Positions 1-9,635 of a stretch of 35,258 nucleotides of DNA are shown here, piece by piece. Positions within the stretch are counted from its first letter, which is position 1, and each line of letters starts with the position of its first letter. The notes below the pieces were generated by a model. That model saw only the letters and a program-made list of their open reading frames with translations. It searched no databases and was not told where the DNA came from. This stretch comes from Planctomycetota bacterium (lineage in GTDB: Bacteria > Planctomycetota > GCA-002687715 > DRQF01), in contig JALTLO010000058.1 of NCBI GenBank assembly GCA_027001995.1, forward strand, positions 30,202 through 65,459. The letters run 5' to 3'. Both the position numbers and the translations under genes were made by a program.

Positions 1-252
1 CCGCCACATGGTGACATCTGCCGACGTCGCCTGAGTGAAGACTTTGTCACCTAAGAAGATTTCTCCAGAGGTGGGAGATTCCAACCCTGCCAGAAGATGA
101 AGAAGGGTTGTCTTGCCAGAGCCACTGGGCCCCATGACGCAGAGAAATTCTCCCCTGGCGATTTCAAGATCAACACGATCTAAGATCTTCTTGGGGGCCC
201 CTCCGGGTCCGGTTGTCTTGCAGAGTTGGTTGGCTTTGATCAAAGCGCTCAC
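1..252 (-). CDS. ABC transporter ATP-binding protein (LolD/MacB-like), 3' end runs off the window
   Basis: Not in the ORF track. My translation from GTG at 252 (GGAG upstream) reads [15 protein letters not shown]...[44 protein letters not shown], with Walker A GPSGSGKT. The frame is open to position 1. Confidence 0.9.
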   Translation of the reverse strand, partial: MSALIKANQLCKTTGPGGAPKKILDRVDLEIARGEFLCVMGPSGSGKTTLLHLLAGLESPTSGEIFLGDKVFTQATSADVTMWR

Positions 253-453
253 GGGCAGTCTCCGGCTTGGGGAGTTGATTCTTCCTTTGGGTGCCAAGGT
301 CCCAAGGACCATGACGAAACGAACTTTATGTCGCAAAGTAGATCCCGTCAAGCGCACTCCACGGAGTTTTTTTGGAATGGTAAGAGTGAGGTTGAGCGTG
401 GAGCCGGGGCGATGCGGGGCATTCTTCCAAGTACTCGGTGCTCACGCTGAACC

Positions 454-2373
454 TTGTTTCCGTCTGACGGGGGTACCCGGTCTTTGGCTGTGGGCTGGAT
501 TTCCTTTGCGACAAGACCTCAATCTGCGGCAGCGAGTGGTGCCTTGGAGACCGTGACTGACAACAATTTGTTCGTCATAACGTTGAATAGGATCCCGCTC
601 ACGAACAAATACCAACTACGGATCGGCAGTCATCCTACATCGTTTACTTTCTCGCCGCTCGTTCCGTTAAACCAACGGACGTTCGTTTCATTGGTTTTCG
701 ACCCAGCGAGCCATCTGCTCTTGCTTTACTTTGACTGCGTCTTGGTGGACTTGGGCATCCCAGTTAACACCCCCGGGCTTCCCTTAGCTCTAGCGAATGG
801 TGGAATGTGGCAACTCGGCCGTCGTCCGTTTCCGAGCCAATCGTCCTGGATCGGCAGCATCGACGAATTCCGCGTTTGGGATGTGGCTCGTTCTCCAGGG
901 TTGATTCGGATGACCTCCAAAGTTGAGATTGCCAATGGCATCATTGATGTGGGGGCCGGGGAGATTACCGCACCACCGCAGCGTCTTGGCCGTTGCCAAT
1001 ACTATTCTTCCACCGAAACGCTTTCTGTCACAGTTTGCAACCCAGGTTTAACGACCATCTTTGCTGGCTCAGCTATTCCCATGACTGTGTCGGTGGATGG
1101 CTCAGTTGTGGTGACTGAATCTCTTGTGTTAGCCAATGATCTGAATCCTGGAGAGAGTGTGCCCTACACCTTTTTGACTACCATCGATTTGCAACAAGAA
1201 GGGTTCCATACCGTTCGTGTGACTTCAAATTTTCCTGGGGACACTCAACCCGGCAATGACGTTTTAGAACTTGACTTTCGCGGCGGTGGGCCGGGCGTTG
1301 TTTCAGAGTTTCCTTGGCGCGAAGACTTCGATGGCGATTTCTTTCCTTCTTTGGCCCCAGCTTCTACTATTGTCCCACCTGTGGGTTGGAATCAAAGGCA
1401 AGGCGAACTGAATCCACTGGGACTTGAAGAAGAGTGGCTCTTTGTTCGAGCCCCGCAATTTGGTGGGCTTCCGTCTATTTTTCCGAATACCGATCATACT
1501 TCCCATTCTGATGTAGGGGTCTATGCCACGATGGATACTGGCGCCCCTCAACGAAGCATAGAAAGCCCGTGCATTGAGCTCTTTGGCTTAATCAATCCCA
1601 CTTTGGCATTCTATTACAACCGCGAAAGACTGGGATCAGTGAGTTTGGCTTCTGCCCGTCTTGAAGTGAAGATCCACTCCCTCACAACGGGCACAACAAC
1701 CACCATCTTCTTACTGACTTTCAATGCTGGTCCTGATGTTTGGCGACTCCTTAGGGTTGACCTATCGCCTTGGATTGGCGAGACCATTGTTATCTACTTT
1801 GAAGGTATCGGAGGTAACAACAACACAATCAGTATCGACGATGTCTCTATCTTCGAAGAATCCACCTCCTTACCCGGCCAAGCTCCTCAACTTCTCTTGG
1901 CCACCTTCGACATCAACGGTGCCACCAACGCCAACGTGCAAGAAATTACATCTGGTGAGAATGGCCCCTACAACACCTCCAACTTCGCCCCGGCAGTCCT
2001 CAACTTCAGCTTTGAAGGATTGCCTTTGCAGCCCGTCCTGTTGTTATCTGGCGACCTCAATCCTCAGATCGCGACTTATCCGGGGATCGGCCAGATGGAC
2101 ATGGGAGGCCCTCTTGATCCGGTGACAGGAATCCCTACAGCCCTCACCATCTGGGGCGACGGTTTTGCACCCCTCACAGGTCTCGATTTTTTATTCTACA
2201 CAGACATCACGGGTATCCTGTCGTTGCAGGCCACTATGCCGCCTTTTAACCTCCCGCCCTTTCCTCAGCCTTTGATTCACCGCATGCCCTTCGCCACTTT
2301 TCAAGCCGTCATGGGCATGCCCACGGCTCCCTTCGTCGTGCTCAGTAATGCTGTGGAGTTGCTGCAATGGTAG
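454..2373 (+). CDS. Extracellular-type multidomain protein: LamG-like jellyroll + CARDB/Ig-like + MAM-like domain + C-terminal domain. Start uncertain.
   Basis: GSIDEFRVWDVARS (end of LamG-like domain), VTVCNPG...LNPGES...GNDV (CARDB-like), FPWREDFD...ISIDDVSI (MAM-like). TTG start, no clear signal peptide. Confidence 0.75.
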   Translation: MFPSDGGTRSLAVGWISFATRPQSAAASGALETVTDNNLFVITLNRIPLTNKYQLRIGSHPTSFTFSPLVPLNQRTFVSLVFDPASHLLLLYFDCVLVDLGIPVNTPGLPLALANGGMWQLGRRPFPSQSSWIGSIDEFRVWDVARSPGLIRMTSKVEIANGIIDVGAGEITAPPQRLGRCQYYSSTETLSVTVCNPGLTTIFAGSAIPMTVSVDGSVVVTESLVLANDLNPGESVPYTFLTTIDLQQEGFHTVRVTSNFPGDTQPGNDVLELDFRGGGPGVVSEFPWREDFDGDFFPSLAPASTIVPPVGWNQRQGELNPLGLEEEWLFVRAPQFGGLPSIFPNTDHTSHSDVGVYATMDTGAPQRSIESPCIELFGLINPTLAFYYNRERLGSVSLASARLEVKIHSLTTGTTTTIFLLTFNAGPDVWRLLRVDLSPWIGETIVIYFEGIGGNNNTISIDDVSIFEESTSLPGQAPQLLLATFDINGATNANVQEITSGENGPYNTSNFAPAVLNFSFEGLPLQPVLLLSGDLNPQIATYPGIGQMDMGGPLDPVTGIPTALTIWGDGFAPLTGLDFLFYTDITGILSLQATMPPFNLPPFPQPLIHRMPFATFQAVMGMPTAPFVVLSNAVELLQW

Positions 2374-2502
2374 GGCATAGGTGACGAAGGAATTGTTTGT
2401 GTGACGAAGAAACAGGTCGAATACTGGCATGACAAGGGCTGATGGTTGTCCATGGGGCCAGCTTGAAGCGATCGCCGCTCAATTTGATCTGTCGTATTGT
2501 GA

Positions 2503-4350
2503 TTAAAGGTCACTGGTGAAGGTCCAAACGCGGCCGTCCTCGGAGAAGTAGCGACCGGCGTTGTCGATTTCGATGAGGCGCATTTTCTTGCCGTCATCAA
2601 AGGTGATGGCGATTTCTCCGGCTGTGATGGTGTACTTACCGGGGTGGGTGAGGTGATGGGGTTCGTGGGGAGCGCTGCGCATGCTTCCATCTTTCCTGAG
2701 TTTCAGAATGTCGCGTCTCTGACCGAGGAAAGTGCCGTCCTGTCCGAAGGATTGGGCTCTCATTGAGGTTAAGATGCGATCTCTTGGGAAGAACATACCC
2801 TTGCTGTTCTTCAGCGCCTGAACTTTGGTATTCGGCCCCTTGAGGTCGGCGAAGATCTCCAATGCTTGAGCCACTTCGAATCCTTGGATGCCTTTGTGGG
2901 TTGAAACGATCCCTAAGTGAAAGCCACCATCTCGAATCATGGCGTAGACTTCGTGGGCCTTGCTGTCGTAGAAGAAGAAGCAGCGCCACGTGTGTTCGCA
3001 GTTGGGTAGATCAAAAGTTCCGGAATCTTGCACCACCTCTCGGGACGTCAGTTTGAGCTCACGACTCACCAACAGTTCGCAGGCCTTCTTAAAGGAAGCT
3101 TGAGAGATGGGGCTGCCTTGCTTGAGTGCTGCGGAACGTAGAAAGAGAGACGTGTCGTCGGATCGTAAGCTCCAAGCCACAGACTCATCTTGAGTGGCAA
3201 CTTCTTCGAGCAACCAATTGTTGACGGGATATTCAAACTGAATGCCGTTCTTGCTGACTTCCTCTACACTGCGATCAACTTCGACACGGAAGCTGTTCAG
3301 AATGTCTTGTGCTTGTTTTTCGTATGTAGCCTTCTTGTTGGCTGGATAGGTGAATTCCGCCACCAAGAGTGTGCTATCAACGACGATGACCAGAAACTGG
3401 TTGGCTGGTGCTGAACTTGAAGACGGAGGGCTGAAACTCAGAAAGCGTCCTTGTGCCGTACCAAAGAGAGCTCGGTTTCCCACTTCTACCTCTATTTGCT
3501 CATTGCCAAAGTAGCGTTGCTTGATGAGATCTTCAGCGATGCTCAATCCATCTTCGACGCCAACAAGCTCGGGTAGAAAGCCAGTGAGATTGACCCGGAG
3601 AGCTGCCTCGATTTTGTCTAAGGGAGAATAGAGGGCCTGCTCTTCAAAGGGCGTCGCAATGACCCAGAGAGAACCTGGTGCTTGCACAGTGTCTGAGCCC
3701 ACATACCAACCATCTGGGTAAGCGAAGGAAAATGGCAAAGAAGTCGTGTTGCGAAAGATCTTTGTTGTGGCATCGGTGGTGGTTGCTCGGCCTACTTCCG
3801 TTCTCGAAACGGCTTTCTTTTCGCGGGGTTCATCCTCAGTCACCTTGACTTTTCCAACGAGGTCACGGACTGCTTCGGCCTCAGACTTGTTGAGCTTCTC
3901 GCTTGGGGTCGCATCTGGGAAGATCTTCAAAGACGTGAGCCTGAGGAAAATGTTGTCGGTAAGATTCACCGCAGCGACTCGCCGTTTCGAAGTAAAAGAT
4001 TGGCCTTTGAATTCATAGGTTCCATCAAAAGCGAGGCTCAAACCCATGCGTCCATCGATTTCGATGGGTTGGGTCGAGCCCTTTACCATGGTCTCCCGGC
4101 TTTGCTTTTGTGACTTGAGAAAAGCCTCCAAATCCGAGGCCGTCGATCGCTGTATGGAAACTTCGATGCGGTTTCGTTCTTGAGACTTGGGGAATCGACG
4201 GATGAAGACACGACGAGCACGCCCTCCTGAGTTGCGATAACTCAATGGACCTTCGACTTGAATTGACCATGAGGTTTCTTGAGCTTGAGCAAGTGACGAA
4301 GCGAAGATGCTCATCACAACCAAACAGAATTGCCACCGTTTGCTGTTCAT
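2503..4350 (-). CDS. Secreted hypothetical protein with repeated PsbP/DcrB-like alpha/beta domains
   Basis: Long ORF with signal peptide MNSKRWQFCLVVMSIFASSLAQA (start moved to the ATG at 4350, GAGG upstream). Repeated motifs FSFAYPDGW and IQFEYPVNNW, and an 'ILNSFRV' domain end. Confidence 0.65.
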   Translation of the reverse strand: MNSKRWQFCLVVMSIFASSLAQAQETSWSIQVEGPLSYRNSGGRARRVFIRRFPKSQERNRIEVSIQRSTASDLEAFLKSQKQSRETMVKGSTQPIEIDGRMGLSLAFDGTYEFKGQSFTSKRRVAAVNLTDNIFLRLTSLKIFPDATPSEKLNKSEAEAVRDLVGKVKVTEDEPREKKAVSRTEVGRATTTDATTKIFRNTTSLPFSFAYPDGWYVGSDTVQAPGSLWVIATPFEEQALYSPLDKIEAALRVNLTGFLPELVGVEDGLSIAEDLIKQRYFGNEQIEVEVGNRALFGTAQGRFLSFSPPSSSSAPANQFLVIVVDSTLLVAEFTYPANKKATYEKQAQDILNSFRVEVDRSVEEVSKNGIQFEYPVNNWLLEEVATQDESVAWSLRSDDTSLFLRSAALKQGSPISQASFKKACELLVSRELKLTSREVVQDSGTFDLPNCEHTWRCFFFYDSKAHEVYAMIRDGGFHLGIVSTHKGIQGFEVAQALEIFADLKGPNTKVQALKNSKGMFFPRDRILTSMRAQSFGQDGTFLGQRRDILKLRKDGSMRSAPHEPHHLTHPGKYTITAGEIAITFDDGKKMRLIEIDNAGRYFSEDGRVWTFTSDL

Positions 4351-4501
4351 TTTGATTTCCTCAATCATGAGGAGATTGTCCCATCTCCTGGCTCAAAGAG
4401 GAAGCCCGCAATCTCAATGATCTTGCGGGCTTCCTCATCTCAGGTAGGTAGGCGCTTATCCTTCCTATCTACTCTCGTTGGTTTGCCCCAGGGATGGGGG
4501 A

Positions 4502-6538
4502 CTATGCACCCACATACTTGGGGCGGGACTTTCCGAGAGTTGATAGACCTTCGTAAGCATCTTTTGTTTGGAAGATGTCGTTGAGGCCATCTAATTCACT
4601 TTGAAGTCCAGCCGTCAGCGTGTTTTTCGCTGTGGCAGTGATCAGTTGGTCGGCCATTTTCAAAGCAATGGGTGCTTTGAAACCGAGGGACTTGATCGAC
4701 CGAGAAATCCCCTTGTCTTCGATGGCTTCGTGATCCATGGCCAAGAGGGATGGCAAATCGGCGGAGAAAGTTTCTGCCAAGGCTTCAAAGCCCTTAGGGA
4801 TGTCAGCTTTGGGAGCAGTCGCTCGGTCGGGTTTGCCCAATGCAGCGACTTCGCGAATGGTTGCGCCGAGATTCTCATGAGGGCACACACGATCGACCAA
4901 ACCCAAGGCCAAAGCCTGCTTAGCATTCACGGGAGCCCCGGTAAGGATGAGCCATCTCGCCAAAGCAACGCCAATGCGACGAGGCAAACGCTGAGTGCCC
5001 CCAAGGCCAGGATAAATGCCAATACTTGTTTCGGGGAAACCCATTGAGCCTTTTTCTGTGGCCACAATGTAGTCACAGGCCAGAGCGATTTCGGATCCGC
5101 CTCCCAAACTCAAACCGTCTAACTGAGCGACAACGACTTTTTCTGACGCGGCAAACTTGGCCAAGAGGTCTTGGCCATTCTTGGTGAAGCCTTCGATGGC
5201 GGGGATGTCACCTTTTTCGATGTTCTTCACAAAGAAACGAATATCGGCCCCAGCGATGAATCCTTTGCCTTTGCCGGCGATGACGATGGTCTTTACCGAA
5301 GAGTTGTTTTCAGCTTCAGCAAACCGGGCACTGAGTTGACGCACCATTTCTTCATTGATGGCGTTCATGGCATCCGGACGGTTGAGACTTAAGGTGCAGA
5401 CATCGCCCTCGATCTCCAGGTCGACCAACTTGAAGGTGAATGGTTGGCCAGCGGTTTGTTGTTTGGCGATGACCTGAGGGAAACCACGATCGTAACGTTC
5501 GCAGATCGCCTTGGTCATGGTGGCAGAAGCGTCAATACCGTTTACGTTCATCAGCTCGAATGGGCCTTTTGACCAGCGCAAGCCTACCCGAGCGCCGATG
5601 TCTGTATCTTCAATTGAGCCAACTTCCTCGTCGATGAGTTCTCCAGCCACCATGAAAACCACCCCCAACATACGTTCTTGGACGGCGGCGAATTTGGACT
5701 CATCAGCGCTGCCCTCTAAACTCCAGTTTTCGCCTTTTTCAACCTGTTGGCAGAGCATCTTGGCGGGGGAGTAGAATGGGCCTAATTGCTCACCTAAAGT
5801 GTTGGCAGCGTGCATGGCGATGGGGACGCCGGTGACGTTCATCAGCTCGAATGGCCCCATGCCAATGCGCCAAGCTTGTTTCGAAGCTTCTTCGATGGTG
5901 GCGATGTCGGCCACACCTTCTTCGAGCAAGCGGACGGCTTCATTGAGCCAAGGGACGAAATAGCGATTGACGACAAAACCAGGAGCGTCTTTGCAGTGGA
6001 TCGGCGTTTTACCCATGGCCTCTTGGATAGCCCAGGCCTTCTTGCGGCAATCTTCGCTGGTGACTTCGGTGGGAACCACCTCAACCAGGCGGTTCTTTGC
6101 AGGATGATAGAAGTAGTGAAGGCCCACAACCCGTTCTGGATTGGTGACCACACTGGCTACATCGCGAACGAAGAAGGATGACGTGTTGGTGCCCAAAATG
6201 GCATCGGGGCGGGCATGTTCGGAGAGTTTCTTGAAGACGGAGCGTTTCACTTCTAGGTCTTCGAACACGGCTTCTACCACCAATTCGGCTTCAGCAATGC
6301 GGCTCCAATCGCAGGTGCCTTCCAAACGCTCAGCAATTTCGTCGGCGGTCTTCGCATTCATGATCTTGCGTTCGACGGCTTCGGCGAGGGTGGTTTTGAT
6401 ATTGGTCATCCCTCGTGCGAGGGCCTCTTCGTTGAGATCGACCAACAGGACTCGGAAACCTTCTGTTGCCATTTTCTGAGCAATTCCGGAACCCATGTTA
6501 CCGGCGCCAACGACTGCGAGTGTTCTTAAGTCAGCCAT
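4502..6538 (-). CDS. Bifunctional 3-hydroxyacyl-CoA dehydrogenase / enoyl-CoA hydratase (dehydrogenase N-terminal)
   Basis: VVGAGNMGSGIA Rossmann motif, EAVFED, NTSS, GLHYF, PGFVVNR, PMGPF-like GMGPF. C-terminal crotonase with LNRPDAMNA, AGADI, GGGSE and FPE. Start set at MADLRTL (AAGGA RBS). Confidence 0.95.
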   Translation of the reverse strand: MADLRTLAVVGAGNMGSGIAQKMATEGFRVLLVDLNEEALARGMTNIKTTLAEAVERKIMNAKTADEIAERLEGTCDWSRIAEAELVVEAVFEDLEVKRSVFKKLSEHARPDAILGTNTSSFFVRDVASVVTNPERVVGLHYFYHPAKNRLVEVVPTEVTSEDCRKKAWAIQEAMGKTPIHCKDAPGFVVNRYFVPWLNEAVRLLEEGVADIATIEEASKQAWRIGMGPFELMNVTGVPIAMHAANTLGEQLGPFYSPAKMLCQQVEKGENWSLEGSADESKFAAVQERMLGVVFMVAGELIDEEVGSIEDTDIGARVGLRWSKGPFELMNVNGIDASATMTKAICERYDRGFPQVIAKQQTAGQPFTFKLVDLEIEGDVCTLSLNRPDAMNAINEEMVRQLSARFAEAENNSSVKTIVIAGKGKGFIAGADIRFFVKNIEKGDIPAIEGFTKNGQDLLAKFAASEKVVVAQLDGLSLGGGSEIALACDYIVATEKGSMGFPETSIGIYPGLGGTQRLPRRIGVALARWLILTGAPVNAKQALALGLVDRVCPHENLGATIREVAALGKPDRATAPKADIPKGFEALAETFSADLPSLLAMDHEAIEDKGISRSIKSLGFKAPIALKMADQLITATAKNTLTAGLQSELDGLNDIFQTKDAYEGLSTLGKSRPKYVGA

Positions 6539-6696
6539 CTTAGTGGTCCTTCTTCGATGTAAGTCTTTTGCTACCAACATCTTGAAGATTTGATGTCGGC
6601 TGTGATTGGGGCTATTTTGTAGCAATCATGGCCTTAGAGGACCAGATGGGGCTTCTTGACGCCCTTTGGTGGCTCCCCAAGACGACCCTGCAAATG

Positions 6697-6732
6697 AAAA
6701 ACGGCCCTTGCCACCTTTGGCAAGGGCCGTTT
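6697..6732 (-). terminator. Rho-independent terminator downstream of the thioredoxin-like gene
   Basis: Perfect 15-bp inverted repeat AAACGGCCCTTGCCA-cctt-TGGCAAGGGCCGTTT ending in TTTTT on the minus strand, about 16 nt after the stop at 6749. Confidence 0.9.
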
Positions 6733-6748
6733 CGACAGGTCATGCGGA

Positions 6749-7771
6749 TTAGAGGGTCGCAAGTAAACGCTTGGCGCGGGCGGCTTCCTTTGTCGTTTTT
6801 AGGTAGCCACTGCTGATGATACCCAAGGCTTTCTTGGCCTTTTCGGTCTTGCCAGCCTCAGCCAACTCAAGGGCTTTGGCGATACGTTTTCCGGCTTCGA
6901 TTTCATCCTTCAAGGACTTGTTGGTCTTGATGGCTTTTACTTTTGCGGCTGCTGTCTTGCCGAGCTCATGGCCTTTGTAGTGCTTGGACAAAGGGGCCAG
7001 AGCAGCCAATGCATCAAAAGGCCGATCTTCATTGATGGCGGTTTCTGCTTTTTCGACGGCGGCATCGAAGAAGGAGCGAATCTCATCACGGACGGAGGTG
7101 AGAGACTCTTTATCCGAATCAGAAGTGCGGCTGTTTTGCAGGGCTTTCTCGATTTTCTTGAGATTGGCACCAATTTTGCCCTTTTCTAACCCCTTGACAA
7201 TAGAAGCGTAGCTCTTCGGCAGCTCAGCCTCAAAGGAGATGCCACTTCCGGCGCCCCCAAGCCTTGCACCACCGATATGCTCTTCGATGATTGCCGGGGT
7301 TAGATTGCTGGGGTGCCCTTTCCAAACGATCTTGCCCTTTGGATTGACCAGGAAAGAAGACGGATAGCCGCTGGCGCCAACAGACGTCATCAACGTTTTA
7401 TTGTCAGCTTTAGACAAGTACCCGACGGCTGCCTTGAGGTTTGTCACTTCAATGAAATTCTCTGTCTTCTTCTTGCCGGCGGAGTCGCTTTCTGCAGTGA
7501 CGCAGAGAGCTTCAAATCCCTTTTTCTTGTAGCTTTCAATCAACTGATTGAGGTGTGGCATGCTTGCCTTGCAGGGGCCTCACCAATAGGCAAAGAACTC
7601 GACCAAGAGGAGCTTCCCTTTGAAGTCCCTCATAGAGGTCAGTTTGGAATTGATGATTTCTTCGGTGGGAATTTTGGGCATCTTGTCGCCCACATCCAGT
7701 GCTTGGCTGAAGCTGGTGGCGGTTAAGCAGGCCAGCAATGCCAAGGTCAGTAAGGATCCGTTCTTGATCAT
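6749..7771 (-). CDS. Exported TlpA/ResA-like thioredoxin-fold protein with a UxxC active site (putative selenoprotein, 340 aa) and a Lys/Ala-rich helical C-terminal domain
   Basis: ORFs 7580..7771 and 6749..7561 share a frame and are joined by TGA(7580-7582)-GGC-CCC-TGC-AAG-GCA-AGC, giving DFKGKLLLVEFFAYW-U-GPCKASMPHL. Also the cis-Pro loop GYPSSFLVNPKGKIVW and an N-terminal signal peptide. Confidence 0.88.
7536..7582 (-). promoter_or_regulatory. Candidate bacterial SECIS region following the in-frame UGA
   Basis: Hairpin UCAAUC-AGUU-GAUUGA (7536-7551) with its loop 34 nt after the UGA. An alternative fold is UGAGG..GGCA-AGCA-UGCC..CCUCA. Both have G as the second loop base. Confidence 0.55.
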
Positions 7772-8019
7772 GGTCTATCCTCATAGAACAGCCCAATGTA
7801 AACACTGAGCGAGATTTTGGTCGTGGGGAACTCACAAGTCTCTGATTGGTGGCTCCCTCAATGGGTTCGCCCCTGAGACTATCGTCTCCGGGGCGATGTT
7901 ACTATGAGTCTTCCCAAATGCAGGAATATTTTCTGGTTGGTCTTCGTTCTGAACGTCCGCCAGTGGGGAGGACGGACGATATGCACGCGAAGGGCCCCCA
8001 AGTCGTGCCCAAATGGGGG

Positions 8020-9612
8020 CTAATACCCTGCGACGTAAGCATCCACGGAAAGTGGGCTGCCGGTGGCGTTTTCGACCAAAGTCGTCCAATCGTGGGTGGC
8101 GCCACTGGCAAAGACCTTCTCGACCAAGAAAGCTCTTGCTCCTTCGTTGCCGACAAGATTGCGATTTCCGGTTTCGGCCTCAATGGCTTGGCGAATTTGA
8201 GAGGCAATGAGGGTGCTCAACAACTCGTTGTGATGTTGAACAGGGGCGTTGGCCAAGTCAATGTTGGCGGCCCATTCTTTCTTGCCATCAACTTCAGGTG
8301 GCTCTTCCAAGTGTTGGAAGATCATGGCTAATTCCCACCAAATGCGTGTCATGTCCCGCCCTGGATTTTCGTAAATCGAACGTTCGAAGTAGACGATCAT
8401 GGCCAACCATCTGGCCGACAAAAGACGACTGAGCGTTTGGTTTTCCCTCTGGGCATTCATGAGTCGAGTGATGGAACTCTTGTTGCCCTCAACGATCGTC
8501 TGCAGGAATTCTGTGGTCCGGACTTCTTGAGCGAAGAGGATGGCCACGGCATCGAGAATGAGTTTGTGGCAAGGCTCCCGCAGCAAATAGGGCAAGTTAC
8601 TGGCGATGTGCTCGTAGAAAACTCCTCGACCCAAGTCAGACATGAGCATCGCCATGGACGATTCGTCATCGGCGATGTTTGCGTGAATCCGGGTGCCTTT
8701 CTTGCGTCTATCCGGGTGGATGCAGATGGATTCCGTTGTCTTGGTGTCGTCCGCGTGAAGTTCGCTTTTTGCCAAGATGGCTTCGACGTCAAAGCCAACA
8801 GAGGCCATAGCTTTCTTGGCCAGAGCGGTCAGATCTTTGCCAGCGTAGAGTTTGTCGAATCCCGAGGTCTTGGTTGAGGCTTGGGAGCGGAAAAATAGAT
8901 CGCTATAGATCCAAGGGGGGATCGTCTTCGTGCGTAGTTTGAATTTCTTGCGCAGCTCTTCGTCCAATTTGGCTTTGGATTCTTTGAATTCTGCCTCAGT
9001 GGAAGTGATGAGCTTATTGAGAAGTTTGGTGAGTAAGGACTCTTCGACTCCTTGAAGTTCCATGCTCATGCGGAAAAAGTTGCCGTAGCCTAGGTCCCGG
9101 GCGGCTCGGTTGCGAACCCCCACTAAGCGAATCGCTAAATCGCCCACGTCTTCGCCCAAATCGCTCCTGGCCCCCAACCAAAGCGCTTTGCGTAGCTTCT
9201 TGTCAGAGCTGGTTCTCAAGATTTCGCGAACTTCGGTGAGGGAGAATTTCTTGTTGCCAACGTGGACACGGTAGGTGTGGCTGAGCTGGTCAATTTCTTC
9301 AACTAGCTCATTGATACGTGTTTGACGTGTGGCTGGCATTTGTGCCGCGGCGAAACGTAGGCGCATCAAGTGAATCTGACGCTGAGTCAGCACTTCTTGG
9401 CTGAGGTGTTCGTCGTCGTAGGTGCGGACGCGGGCAAAGTTCTCCCGGTTGGCATAAACCGCCTCTAATGCCTCTAACCGCTCAATGTAGGCTCGTTTGT
9501 CAGCTGGACGCCCGTTTTTCTTGACGCGCCACGTTGAGTCGCCGAGTTTGGCAGACAAATCAGCGACGAGCTCAATGTGGTTGTCGATAAAGTCGACGAT
9601 GTTTCTTTCCAT
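8020..9612 (-). CDS. M3/M2-type (gluzincin) oligopeptidase homolog lacking the zinc-binding motif
   Basis: Family features RNRAARDLGYGNFF, PWIYSDLFF, LPYLLREP, FERSIYENP, WWEL, GATHDWTTLVENATGSPLS. The HExxH position reads MLMSDLGRGVF. Confidence 0.8.
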   Translation of the reverse strand: MERNIVDFIDNHIELVADLSAKLGDSTWRVKKNGRPADKRAYIERLEALEAVYANRENFARVRTYDDEHLSQEVLTQRQIHLMRLRFAAAQMPATRQTRINELVEEIDQLSHTYRVHVGNKKFSLTEVREILRTSSDKKLRKALWLGARSDLGEDVGDLAIRLVGVRNRAARDLGYGNFFRMSMELQGVEESLLTKLLNKLITSTEAEFKESKAKLDEELRKKFKLRTKTIPPWIYSDLFFRSQASTKTSGFDKLYAGKDLTALAKKAMASVGFDVEAILAKSELHADDTKTTESICIHPDRRKKGTRIHANIADDESSMAMLMSDLGRGVFYEHIASNLPYLLREPCHKLILDAVAILFAQEVRTTEFLQTIVEGNKSSITRLMNAQRENQTLSRLLSARWLAMIVYFERSIYENPGRDMTRIWWELAMIFQHLEEPPEVDGKKEWAANIDLANAPVQHHNELLSTLIASQIRQAIEAETGNRNLVGNEGARAFLVEKVFASGATHDWTTLVENATGSPLSVDAYVAGY

Positions 9613-9635
9613 AGGAAATTCCGGTCAGTCGCCAT

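Noticed and set aside
113..556. 147-aa plus-strand ORF
   Set aside because: It is the antisense shadow of the ABC ATPase (MPEPLGPM is the reverse read of the Walker A region).
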